Positions 35,531-46,534 of a stretch of 64,000 nucleotides of DNA are shown here, piece by piece. The first letter of the stretch is position 1; every line of letters begins with the position of its first letter. A model generated the notes under the pieces. That model saw nothing but the letters and a program-made list of their open reading frames with translations, did not search any database and was not told the DNA's origin. A program made the position numbers and the translations under genes. Origin of the DNA: Cladosporium halotolerans (lineage: Eukaryota). The stretch covers positions 62,001 to 126,000 of the forward strand of contig NW_027191495.1 of assembly GCF_011745625.1 (NCBI RefSeq). The letters are read 5' to 3'.

Positions 35531-36883
35531 CTAGGGTTTAGCATCGCGACTTTCAACCGGCCTCTTCTCATCCGCCGCACCGCTCTCAACTTGGCCCTCA
35601 CTGCGTCCATCGCCCAGGCCTTCACGACCGGTGATCGTGTTGCGCCGCCGCTGGTTTCCTCCGTTGTTATTGTTGCCACCGCCGGCCCCTTTGCGTACAG
35701 ACCCCGAACTCGACGAGAACGACGGACTGGCATGCGAAGCTCCTCCACTGCTAGGTGGCGGTTGAGGGTGGTGAGGACCCTGAGCTTTCCGCTTGCGCGG
35801 GCTGTCGCGGTACTCGCTGCCTTCATTATGCCCTGGGTGAGCAGAAGTGGGCTCTTGGTTGCTGCTGCCGGCTTTGCTGGCAGGCGTCTGGGGCGCTGCA
35901 GCGGGTTTGGATTCGGACGGTGGAACCCAGTGGTGGAAGTAGATCGAAGGAGAAGTTGCGGGCTGTTCGGCTGCGCGCTGGGTTTGTTGGAGTGGGTGGG
36001 CGCTGGTCGGATGTGCGGGAGGAGGATGAGGCGGTGGAGGTTGCTGGATGTACATTTCGTTTGTGGTGAGGCGTGGGAGCTGCGTGAGGGTTGCTGAGCG
36101 TGGTGCTGATGTGGGTATGGACCGGCCGGCAGGTTGGTATGCGGAAAAGGTAGGTGCGTTGGGCTGTGGCTGTTCGACTTGCTGAACGGTCGAATGTTGA
36201 GGTGGTGTTGGCGGAACTGGTTGGAATGTCCCGGGTGCTTGCCCGAGAAGACGAGAATCGCGTCTGATGACTTCAGGCGGTGATTGCATGTGCTGCTGCT
36301 GCTGTTGCGCTGCCTGCAGCTGCGAAGCATGTTGTTGCAGCCACTCCATGCTGATCGATCCCAGACCCGCTCCTCCCATGCCGGCATAGATCATGGGCAC
36401 CAGCTGCGGCGGCACACCGCCTTGGAGGGATTCCCGCAACATCGACTGTTCGATGCGTCGCTGCTCCAAGCGAAGCGTCTCTTGCCTGGTCTTCTCTTCC
36501 TCCTGCTTGCGCCTGTCTTCCTCGGCCTTCGCAACGAGCCATTGGCGCATGGATTCCTCTTGACCGTGCCATTGGTGGGGCGGCTGTGGGATCACACCCA
36601 ACGAAGAAGGCAACGCAGGCTGAGGAGGAGCAGGAGGCGGTGGAGGCGGCGGATGTTGCCTGGTGGGATCCGGCAGGGTCATTGCCGAAGGCGGCGGCAG
36701 GCCGCGGTGGGGAGTGGTCATGGTCAGGTCAGAGGTGCTGGCCGGCAGCGCTATCGCCCGAGGAGAGTCGACTCTGGGCTCCAGAGGCGCGGAGTGTGAG
36801 GTGTGGGTATAGCGCGAGGAATCATGGGTGGACCAGCCGCCGAAGTTCGTCGAGGGAGGAGGCTGTGGAATGGTGAGCAACAT
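35531..36883 (-). CDS. Pro/Gln-rich conserved fungal protein with short coiled coil, function unknown
   Basis: 450-aa ORF; HRGLPPPSAMTLP, WLVAKAEEDRRKQEEEKTRQETLRLEQRRIEQSMLRESLQGGVPP, SIYFHHWVPP blocks. Confidence 0.8.
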   Translation of the reverse strand: MLLTIPQPPPSTNFGGWSTHDSSRYTHTSHSAPLEPRVDSPRAIALPASTSDLTMTTPHRGLPPPSAMTLPDPTRQHPPPPPPPAPPQPALPSSLGVIPQPPHQWHGQEESMRQWLVAKAEEDRRKQEEEKTRQETLRLEQRRIEQSMLRESLQGGVPPQLVPMIYAGMGGAGLGSISMEWLQQHASQLQAAQQQQQHMQSPPEVIRRDSRLLGQAPGTFQPVPPTPPQHSTVQQVEQPQPNAPTFSAYQPAGRSIPTSAPRSATLTQLPRLTTNEMYIQQPPPPHPPPAHPTSAHPLQQTQRAAEQPATSPSIYFHHWVPPSESKPAAAPQTPASKAGSSNQEPTSAHPGHNEGSEYRDSPRKRKAQGPHHPQPPPSSGGASHASPSFSSSSGSVRKGAGGGNNNNGGNQRRRNTITGREGLGDGRSEGQVESGAADEKRPVESRDAKP

Positions 36884-37145
36884 GGACGAGTCGGGCGCTG
36901 GCGGGCGACATGTGACAAGAAGTGGACAGATGCGGTGGCGATGGGCCGGGCGGTGGTGCTAGGTCGCGCATGCGGTGGCCGCGAGTATTTGTGCGTGGAT
37001 GGGTGGCCGCCGCATGGGACGGGGCGGGTGACGGGGACATACTTAAAATGAGGCGCGACGACGGCAGTCCGGCCTGGTGGGCGTAACGATCGGCCTGCAG
37101 CAGCGCAGTCCTGCCTGGGCGGACGCGTCGGTGGTGGAACGGGCA

Positions 37146-37180
37146 GACGGGCGACGGGCGACGGGCGACGGGCGACGGCC
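37146..37180 (+). repeat. (GACGGGC)4 plus one imperfect copy, upstream of the Pro/Gln-rich gene
   Basis: Read directly. Confidence 0.85.
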
Positions 37181-40100
37181 ACCGGGGTCTGCCTGGGTGT
37201 GTGTGGATGGTGGCAGCCAAACGCTCACGCCGGCCGCCGCCCGTCGTCTCCACACTGCCGATCAACCGTTGCGAGCGCGCGCGGGAGCGAGGGAGCCAGG
37301 GTCTGCCGCTGCTAGGGCTGCCGCTTGCAGCCTGCGCGCCTTCGATGGAACTTCGACCGCCAGACCTGCCCTGCCTGCCCTGGGCGAGCGACGCCGGGCC
37401 ACGCCATATGCGAGATGAGGCCGCCGTGGCATCTCCGCCCGGGCCACGGTCTAGACTTGGGTTGCTTGACTGACGTCCGCCCTGCTGGGCTTTCTGGCTG
37501 GTTGTCGCTGTTCGAGGCGTCCTCGCAACACCAGTGCAAGTGCTGGCACCGCTGTGCCTAAGGTACCTTGGCTGCCGTCCATAGAACGCGAGGGCTGCTC
37601 ATCCCACCGCCCGGAGCTGGCTGCGGCCGGCCACGGCATCAAGGATCCCCGTTTCAGACGCCCTCCTCGCCCTCCTGCAGCGCCTGATGCTTCCCAACGC
37701 GCGCGTGGGTGCGCGACCTTCCTCTCCTGTCGTCTTCGTCGCAGGGTCTCTCGCGCCCCAAAGGCCCACAAACATCAGTCCGCGCCCGCACCCTGGCAAA
37801 CCACGGCGTCTGCCGCCTGTGGCAGCCCGCGATGCTGCGCCGGAAATGACATCCGCCTGAACCCAGACGATCATCCGGCCCAGAGCGCAACGCTGCAATG
37901 CTGCCGGACACCGCGGTATGCCTGCGCCGCGAGCGCGTCTCGCACCGACTGGGCCAAGCTGGCTCGTCTGGGAGCGTTGCTTCCTGCAGGGCTGCCTGCG
38001 CCTCCGCCGGTTGCGCAGCATAAGGCGGGCCACAGTGCTCGACGCTGCGTCGGCGATCACTGCAGAATGCCATACACGGCTGTGAGCGGCGCAGAGCAGC
38101 TACACTTTATGTAATAGAGCGAGTTGACACGCATGAAGCAGGTGGCCGGTCGCAGTACGGCGTTTTGCCTGACGTTTTACCTTGAGGCCATCACACTCCA
38201 TCGGCGCCATTACATGTGCTGTACGCGGTGGGCGTGGTCGTCGCCGTCGTTGTTGCGACAAGTGGCGTGCAGACCCACGCAGATAGGCGACACCAAGCGG
38301 ACTCCCTCCACCCGCAACCCTCGCGACGCAGTCCTCAAAGCGGTAAGCGGCGCAACTTGCGACGACTGACAGGCATCAGCGACCCGGAAGGCGGTAAGGT
38401 ATGGCGCCAGGCGAGTCGTCGGAGGCCGGCCCTTCAGGGCGTCCAGTAGCAGATGATTGCTGCATTCGACGACCAGCAGTGGCACCGTCGCAGCCCTCGT
38501 CCCAACATGGTGTCAGGGCAGCGCAAGCGCAAGCGCATGCGTCGGTGGGATTTGTTGGTGGTGACTGGTGAGGCTGTGAAGCAGGTCAAGCCTCCTCGTG
38601 CTGCAGGCATGTTGCAACGTGCCCGTAACGTGCCGCCCACGCGAAGGAGCGCACATCTTCACCCGCCACGGCTGCGATCGTCGCTGGGCGTTGGAGAGCC
38701 CGGTGACGCCGTCTCGTCCCGCCGCCACGCCACACACGACAGACGACACGACACATGTCCGTCGACGCCCGAAGAAAAGATCTTCCCTGCCCCTGGCACG
38801 CGAATCGCTGCTTCGGGATGACATTCGGACTCTTTCCAGAAGCTCGCGAGCAGAAGCAAAACTAATGTCACTCAGTTACAGCGAGACGACCGGATACCGG
38901 AGAAGGCTGCGAGAGGCGCTCCCAGCCTGTTGGATAAAGTCTAGACAGCCGACGCCACCCCATCATCCCGCGAGGCTAACCCGCAACCCGGTGGAAAGAC
39001 CAGTCCGAGTCGCGATTCTGAAGACGGGCGGTAAAATTACCAAAGTCCCAAATAACACCAAAAACGTCCCAGCCTCGCGCAAACCGCGACTGCCCACCTC
39101 CTCATCCTCCAAAAAAGACTTGCGCCCCATCAATCAACCTTGAATCAATCAATCAACCAACCAACCCACACCAATTAATCAATCTTCACCCCACCCTCGC
39201 CTGACCCGCCCGCCCACAGGGCCCCCCCACTAACCCCAAACCAGGCCTTGCAAACCCAAACTCCTCGGCCCTCGCTCCCGATCCAGCACCGTCACGCCCT
39301 CCCTACGCAGCAAGACTTCCCTCCCACACCCCGGCCACCACGCCCAAAGCAGCAGTGACATTCGCGGGCTGAAAAATCCTTTCGAAAACCCAAAACGGCG
39401 GGGCCCCGACAGGTATTGGCGGGCAGGGCAATGCCACGCGAGCTCAGGATCGACTCTCCGTTGACGATCTTTTGCTCGTGGCGGGGGCAAGGCCACGCGA
39501 CGATCGTCGCTGGGTTTCCTGTTGTGGGTGCGGCGGTCGCTGCTTTTGATGGGGGCGGCGGCGGCGTGGCCGAGGGTGATGGGGAGGGGATTGGTGGGTG
39601 CTGAGGATGGGAGCGTCGCTTGATAGACGAGATAGAGTGGGTTTAGGAGGCTGGCTTTGCTGGGGAGGAGATGGGGTGCGATGCGATGCGAGGTGGAGCG
39701 AGGGCTGGTGGTCTGTTGTGTTTGTTATACGGACTTCCTCTAACGCTTTAAGCGGATTCCCATATGGGCGAAGAGAGAGAGGCCTTGTCGAAAGTATTCT
39801 GGTTGTGCATCAAAGATCTCCATGTCGCTGCTCAAGCGCGTCCTGAGGATCGCGAGACAACTCCGACATACCCCAGTGCCGTCTGTACACCGTACCGTCC
39901 AACCCAAGACGCACACGTGACCACACCTTACCATACCTCACCACACCACCTCTCTCAAAACCCAGCTACCCGGTTCAGCACCAAACGCCCAGCCCACAGC
40001 AGCCCACAGTACACTACCACTTCCTCATCATCTCACCAAGCCCCCGGCGCCTCCGACTTGAGCATCCTGCGTGCAACTGCGCACTGCACTGCACTGCACC

Positions 40101-40797
40101 CGTGAACCGCGAACCAGCCGCCTCGCACGCAGGAAAAGTGATAGGTGTCGACTCAAGCGCCCGCGCGTCGAGTTCCACGACGGTGGGCGGCAGAGCGCAG
40201 CAGCATCCTGCACAACCGCGAAGCCGGCAGCTTGGGACGTCGGTGCGCGCGTGCATGCATGCGTGTAGGGAGAGCGTTTGCGGTGCGCTGAGAGGGCTGG
40301 CTGCGCTGCGCTTCGACGAGTGATGAGGTAGGTAGGAGTTGTAAATTGTGGGCGGGACTCGGGTGTCTTTTGATGAAGGTGGCGTTTGTCCTTCTCTGGC
40401 TACCTTGCTACTGTGTGTTCCGACCTACTACTAGCTTAGACATTACTTGTGATAATTTGTACTATTCCTCGGGGATATTGGGTTGCTGCTGCAAGGAAAC
40501 AACCGCTCCTGCTCCGTCAGGGGTATCTCTGCGCTTCGACGAAAGAAAAGAAGAAAGACATAAAAGACAAAGGAAGACCAGAAGGAAAGTTTTCGACGAA
40601 AAAGAGAAAGAAATGTGGTGCTGAGATCTCAGCGCTGGCTTCTTCGCACCCCGTCCTTTCTTCCGTGGACGAGGAAAGGATTGCGAAACGCAAAGCAAGG
40701 GAAAAGGCCGTAGAGTATGAAACACCCGAACACAAGGAAAAAGCCGCACCCCATCAAAGGCACAGCAAAGCAAAGAGCGACAGCGGCCATAGCCAGC

Positions 40798-43386
40798 TCA
40801 AGGACTCCTCTTCTTCTTCATCTTGTACTCCGCCTTCGCAACGCGCATGAGCATATCCTCATCGCGCACCGGCACAAAAGACGTCAGCGTCTTCATCGCG
40901 CCCTCGAAATCCGTGTCGAGGATGATCTCGCGCGTCGCGTCGATCAGCGCCGCGGAAGTCGCGTGCAGCACGTCCAGGTCTGCGCCCGCGAACGAGCCCG
41001 CGGAGGCCCCGCCCGCAGCGTCGCCGAGCAGCATGAAGACGTCCCAGACGCGCAGCTGCGCGGGGAAAGGGACGCTCATGTTGAAGAGCGTCAGGTACCA
41101 GCGGGTGCCGTAGGCGGTGCTGGAGATGCCGAGCTCTTCGAGGCGCGCCGCGACGTCGCCGCCGCGCAGCCAGTCGTCCTCGAACTCCTGCAGGGCCGCC
41201 ATCAGGCCGTCGAAGCCGGAGCGGAAGAGCTGCTCCAGCCCGCGGAGCTGCCAGAGGCGCACGAGCATGACGAAGGCGCGCTCCTCGTCGAAGTAGCACA
41301 GCAGGGTCGCGGCGAGGCTGGCCATGCCCTGCACGTAGCCGGTGTCCGGGCAGTAGAGGGCGATGGCGTGCAGGACGCGGAAGAGCAGGCGCTGGCCGCC
41401 GCGGTAGCGCTTGCGGAACATGATGTGCATGCTGATGGTGCGCGGGACGTCGACGTCGATCTGCACGTCGTCGGCGCAGTTCATGTCCTGCAGGCGGTGG
41501 AAGTGCTGGACGAGCTCTTCGTCTGAGGTCTGCGCGCCGCGGCGGCGGGCGGAGTTGCTGAGGAAGCTGTGCCATGCGGTCGCGCGCCAGCGGTCGGGGA
41601 TGCCTTTCCAGGTTCTGCTGATGAGCTTGGGGTCGCTGGTGTCGAAGTCGAAGCTCATGCCGCCGCCTTTGCTGTCGGAGCGCTTGCGGGCCATTTGGAG
41701 CCATTTCTCGTTGCGGGACCATTCTTTGCGGTAAGATAGATCAGCGGTTTTGTTGCTGTCTTGGTGCTCTGCGATGTCTGCGAGCCCTGGTGGTAAGGTG
41801 AGCATGTTGCTGGCCTCGTCCATTGCGCGTCGATCTCTTGACCGGAAACGTCCTGACCGTGTCGTGCCAGATCTATTGGTTTGGAAGCTGCGTATTGAGC
41901 CTGCGGATGAGCCTTTGCCTGGCGGTGCAGAGCGTGAAGACCGGGCGACCGATGCTTTACGGCGGATCATACTACGTTCCCGCCGCGGCTGGTCTGACAC
42001 GAGACGAAGGCCCGTCGCTACTCTGTGCAATCCCATAGAGCCATTCATATGTGGCATACCTGAATCGTGAGACGTGACGCGATTCGGTGTAATGAAGCCA
42101 AAGCGGTCCACCTCCGCGCCGTTGAGGTCTGCCCAATCCTCCATTCCTCCAGCGACTTCGTGCGCCTCTTTCGCATAGCTCGCCCGGACTTCATCCGGGT
42201 TGCGACCACCGAATCTGCTGGGCGTCTCTCGTGTCTTGTCCACCATCACGCTTTCAATGCTTGAAGTCGGTTCTGGAGTCTCTCGATCGAGCTCGGGTGA
42301 CGCAGCGCGGGATGCGCCGTCAAAGGGCGTCGAAGTCCAGTCGGCAGCCTTCTCATCTCCGTGCTCATACATACTGCGCACGCGCATTGAGAATGTGATC
42401 TCTTCCGCAGACAGCACCCTTCCGCCAGCAATGGCTGCTTGCAGCATCTGTACGCTCGGTTTTCTTCTTCCCGATACGAGACCACCAGGCCTTTTCTCGG
42501 ACTCTGCATTGGGGCTTGCAGGAGCGATGGGACTTGTAGGGGTTACAGGACTTGTAGGATCGGCAGGGCTCGTAGGGCTGGTCGGTGTCACGTTGCCTGT
42601 GTCCTGGTCCTGAGGTCCAGTTGGTGAAGTGGGGGACAGAGGCAGCGGGATACTCGATGGGCCCTCCTCGACCTCTTCTCGCACTGTTGACGATTGTGTC
42701 GACGAAGCATCTCCCATATCCTCAATCGGCTTGTCCCCTTGCGCCGCGATCAATTGACGCATCTTCTTACCGCCGAACAACAAACTCCCTCTCTTCGAAA
42801 AGTCAATGTTATCAGACGAGAACTCGTTCATCTCTCCGGTAGGGATATCCGTCTCAATCCCGTGGAAGCTCTTCAGCCTCTGGTGCGCGGTATGGGGTCG
42901 CTGCGGCTCCTCCGTCGACTTCTTCGCGCGCACGCCGTCGTGGCTGCGTTTCCTGGTGAAGGGTGACATGATGCGCTCCAGTGGGTGCATGTGGGGGCCC
43001 TCCGCATCCTGGACCACGATCTTCGGCAGGCTCGGGGTTTGCGTGAGACCACGCGCCGGCGGAGCAGTGTCCGAGTCGATCTCGTGCGGTGCCGTAGTTC
43101 CTGTCGAGGGTTCGAAGCCGGAGTCGCGCTTCAGGTCGCCTTCCAGTAAGCTCGTGTGCTCTGCGAAAGCGCTCCCACGTGCGTGCGGCGCGGTCTTGGG
43201 TCGGATGTTGCTCTTGCGCTCGGCGATGGAGCTGGGCGTGCCGGCGAATGGTCGTGGAGGTGGTGATTCCGTCGCAGAGGGTGAAGTCGAGTCCAACTGA
43301 TCATGTCGCATTGTTGTTGGGGACCCGGCAGTCATCTGCTCGTGACTTTCCAAAGAGCCGGTAGGTTTCGCGGCGTGATCGCCCAT
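40798..43386 (-). CDS. TBC-domain Rab GTPase-activating protein
   Basis: WKGIPDRWRATAW, QIDVDVPRT (IxxDxxR), GYVQGM (YxQ), RVWDVFML; long disordered N-terminus. Confidence 0.92.
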   Translation of the reverse strand: MGDHAAKPTGSLESHEQMTAGSPTTMRHDQLDSTSPSATESPPPRPFAGTPSSIAERKSNIRPKTAPHARGSAFAEHTSLLEGDLKRDSGFEPSTGTTAPHEIDSDTAPPARGLTQTPSLPKIVVQDAEGPHMHPLERIMSPFTRKRSHDGVRAKKSTEEPQRPHTAHQRLKSFHGIETDIPTGEMNEFSSDNIDFSKRGSLLFGGKKMRQLIAAQGDKPIEDMGDASSTQSSTVREEVEEGPSSIPLPLSPTSPTGPQDQDTGNVTPTSPTSPADPTSPVTPTSPIAPASPNAESEKRPGGLVSGRRKPSVQMLQAAIAGGRVLSAEEITFSMRVRSMYEHGDEKAADWTSTPFDGASRAASPELDRETPEPTSSIESVMVDKTRETPSRFGGRNPDEVRASYAKEAHEVAGGMEDWADLNGAEVDRFGFITPNRVTSHDSGMPHMNGSMGLHRVATGLRLVSDQPRRERSMIRRKASVARSSRSAPPGKGSSAGSIRSFQTNRSGTTRSGRFRSRDRRAMDEASNMLTLPPGLADIAEHQDSNKTADLSYRKEWSRNEKWLQMARKRSDSKGGGMSFDFDTSDPKLISRTWKGIPDRWRATAWHSFLSNSARRRGAQTSDEELVQHFHRLQDMNCADDVQIDVDVPRTISMHIMFRKRYRGGQRLLFRVLHAIALYCPDTGYVQGMASLAATLLCYFDEERAFVMLVRLWQLRGLEQLFRSGFDGLMAALQEFEDDWLRGGDVAARLEELGISSTAYGTRWYLTLFNMSVPFPAQLRVWDVFMLLGDAAGGASAGSFAGADLDVLHATSAALIDATREIILDTDFEGAMKTLTSFVPVRDEDMLMRVAKAEYKMKKKRSP

Positions 43387-44337
43387 GGTTAGGGCTGGAA
43401 GGTTGGACGAGGGGAAGCTCCCGCTGCTGACATGCGGCTCTTCCTGCGCCTGTGGCCGTTGGTTCCAATGGAGCTTATATCCAGCCTTCGCACGCGGCGA
43501 CAGAGTGTAGAGCTGCGTATGTCGGGATCATCGCTCGCCGCAGGCCGAGTCGCGTGAGGGTGTGAAGATGGGAGGAGAACGTTAGGCTTGAGAAAACGAA
43601 GGAAGGGCCACACGAGTCGCCGTCAGCCACAACACACGACGGTTGCCGCGCGTGCGCCCCTCCACAGCTCTTTTTTGGGTGCGAGGAATAGGAGACGGCC
43701 AGCTGCCTTACCAGACTTGGAAGGGCAGAGGCAGGTTGGCAGCTGGGCCCAATCTCCGAGGCTGTGGGGGAGGCGGATGGCGAAACTTTGATTGATTCAG
43801 GTCCCGCGCCGTTGTCTGCTTTGCCGCAGTGCCCTAAGCGACACCCATGGCGCAGCCGGTGGTGGTACAAGGACGCGGGTCCAATCTGGGAGAATACATG
43901 TGCTTGCATGCAAATTAATGAGACACATGCATGTCGCGACCGGAGCTATCTCCTGTTCTCGTCGGGTGTTTGCATAGCTACAATCAGTATCCTGAACGGC
44001 GTTATCAAACCGTAGGCTGACACGGTATATGAGAACATTGCTAAATCGAGGTACCAGTCCTGTCACGCCGCCAGCTAACAGCTTCGCCATAGCGGTGCGA
44101 TCTGCGCTGGGGCCGACAAGTGTCATGTGTCATGTGTCAAGGAGTAGAACAACGGCCGAAAGATGCGATTCAAACAATTCGAGGGAACAGCAGAATCCAT
44201 AGCGAAACGAACGCCTGACAACCAGAACTGCCCTACAATGCACGCTCCTCCGATGACTCGTCAAACCGCAAAACAACCTTAAAATCCACCCTTACATCGT
44301 ATTCATGATCTCATATCCAACTCTTCTCCGACATCAT

Positions 44338-45237
44338 CTAGTGCCCAGCCAGCCAGCCAAACTTGTGCATCCGGATCCTCGGCACAATGCCAATCAGCAG
44401 GATGACAGCCGCGACGATCACAGCCCACAGCTGGATCTGCAGCACATTCTTGTTGAAGTCCGTCTGCGTCGCCGCGGCCACGGTCGCCAGCATGGTCAAC
44501 AGGATCACATAGCCGCCGACGCGGTGGTACTTGTACAGCTTCTTGGCGTTCTCCACGCCGCCGTACAGCTGCGGCACGAAGTACTGCGTGATGCCGACGA
44601 CGGCCTGGATGATGGTGAGGATGTACGTGATCAGGCCGAGGATGGCGTGCGGCGATTCGAAGTGCGTGCCGTTGTGCGCGAACTTGTTGTACTCGATCAC
44701 GACCAGGCCGGCGATGGCGCTGAGCAGCGCGACGTCGTTGAGCGCCGCGTGCGTGTAGGTGCCTTCCTGCTTTTGCTTTGCGGTGTGCGTGGGTTGGAGG
44801 ACAAGGACGCCTTGGATGAAGAAGAGGAGGGCGGCGGAGTTGAGGAGCTGTGGTCGTCAGTGTTAGTGGTATTGCTCATCTGGTTTCTCTGAATTGACTT
44901 GAACATACCGGATGCGCCGAGAATAGAATCAAGTCATGGCTGAAGACGCTGCCCCATACGATGGCCGCAAGCTGGGCTCTTGGTCAGCGCTACACTCATC
45001 TAGCAATGTCCTGGTGCACTCACAATCCAGGCGCCGGCCTGCGCGACGACTCCCGTGCCTTCATCCATAGTTAGTACTCGGCGCTCTTCACTGTCAGAGC
45101 TTGAGGCACAGCAACTCACCAATAATGAAGTTGTGGTACAGCGGCTTCCCGTCTTGCTGACTTGCATCACCTCTGTTTCCGAGCAAAGGTTCCTCCTCGC
45201 TGGTACCGGGCTGTCGGTGCGCTTCTTGGTCTGCCAT
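44338..45237 (-). CDS. Cytochrome b561-family membrane protein, several short exons
   Basis: MADQE..EEEPLLG start; ILVLQPT, YTHAALN, HFESPHAILG, LYKYHRVGGY heme-His helices. Confidence 0.85.
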
Positions 45238-45789
45238 TGTGGATGATCACGACGTCTTCCGAAATTCGCTCTGAATCAACACGAGACGCGACAAGAACAC
45301 GTCTCAAGCAGTGAACACGAAACGCTCTAACAAAGCACCGGATAGCGGATGACCTCTACCTTAACTATGATGCCTTCGACCGCTGGGAGCTGCGGGGACC
45401 CAACTGCCACTAGTGCATTATGTAACCTTCGCGCGGAATGGCGCTTGCAGGGATCAGTGGATATTGCGCCTATCACGGGTCTCCGCTTTGTAATTGAAGA
45501 GATCAGATGATGGAAATCATTGATCGGTGTGACGATTAGATCGTCGAGAAAGCATGGTACGATTCAACAGAGGAAGCGAACAGCTGATTTGGATGCAGTC
45601 TGTACGGGGACATTCATGGTACCATACGAAATTCGAGTTGCTAATCGCGCAGCCAAAATTTGTACGAAGCAAGCGAAGCTCTCGAGCTAAGAGTATGATA
45701 CGCAGAGCCGAAGGAATGCTTTGGGGGCCAGTCGATCGGGAAAGCCCTGAGCAAAAGCAAAAGATGAAGCTCATCTCATGCGAGAGGAA

Positions 45790-45881
45790 CTCCTCACAGT
45801 GGGCTCGAACCACTAACCTTCCGGTATGCTGAGACTCGAAGTCGTAACAGCCGAACGCGCTACCGGTTGCGCCAGCGAGGA
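45790..45881 (-). tRNA. tRNA-Asn(GTT) with 19-nt intron (45826-45844)
   Basis: Manual cloverleaf: acceptor TCCTCGC/GTGAGGA, D stem GCGC/GCGC, anticodon stem TTCGG/CCGGA with CT-GTT-A, T arm AGTGG-TTCGAGC-CCACT, discriminator G; intron at canonical 37/38; T4 runs downstream. Confidence 0.93.
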
Positions 45882-46534
45882 TTGATGATCTTCACGCGCT
45901 CTAAATTGAATATATCGCTCAAACAAAAGTCCAGCCTTTCAATCGCCCTGACCGCCCTCCGCCGCGATCTCCATTGGGTGTATCAAGCTTTGATGGTTTG
46001 TAGTTCCAAGATAAAGCATCTCGGATGGAACGATACTCTTCCAGACCACGAGATGGCGTCTCTGCGTTTGCAACAAGGCTCAGTCTAGCCATTGACGACC
46101 AAGACAAACTCGCTGTGATTTTGTGCCTTAAGTTCTAGATCTCGTTGAAGATGATATGAAGATTTTAGGGGCAGCGTGCTCCATGATACAGTATGTTTTG
46201 CCTAGCACTTGGGAATCGCTTTAGTCCCTCGTCAATGTTTGTCTGCATATGCCGGCGCCACCGGTCAAGGGCTTTGATTGGATCGTAGCGTGGAGCTGAA
46301 GGCGAAGTCGTGAACACAACATGCTGCAGGTGACTCCCCTGAGCTTACTGCACCAGCATCACATGGTCGTGGGGCAGGATACCTGCGAAGCTGCTCGACT
46401 GCGCCCATTGTCTGTCATATACCCTGCTTTGGTGCACTGCTAAGGCACGAGCATTGTGTATCTTTGCTCATCCGCCTTGCTGAGGGCGGCGACGCGCACA
46501 CCGCCACTGGCCTCCTGGCGCTCTCACGGACGTG

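Noticed and set aside
35128..36387. 419-aa alternative-frame ORF overlapping the Pro/Gln-rich gene
   Set aside because: Low-complexity off-frame product running into the 3' UTR; no recognisable domain
45517..46107. Short ORFs around the tRNA
   Set aside because: Overlap or flank the tRNA-Asn gene and have no recognisable protein features
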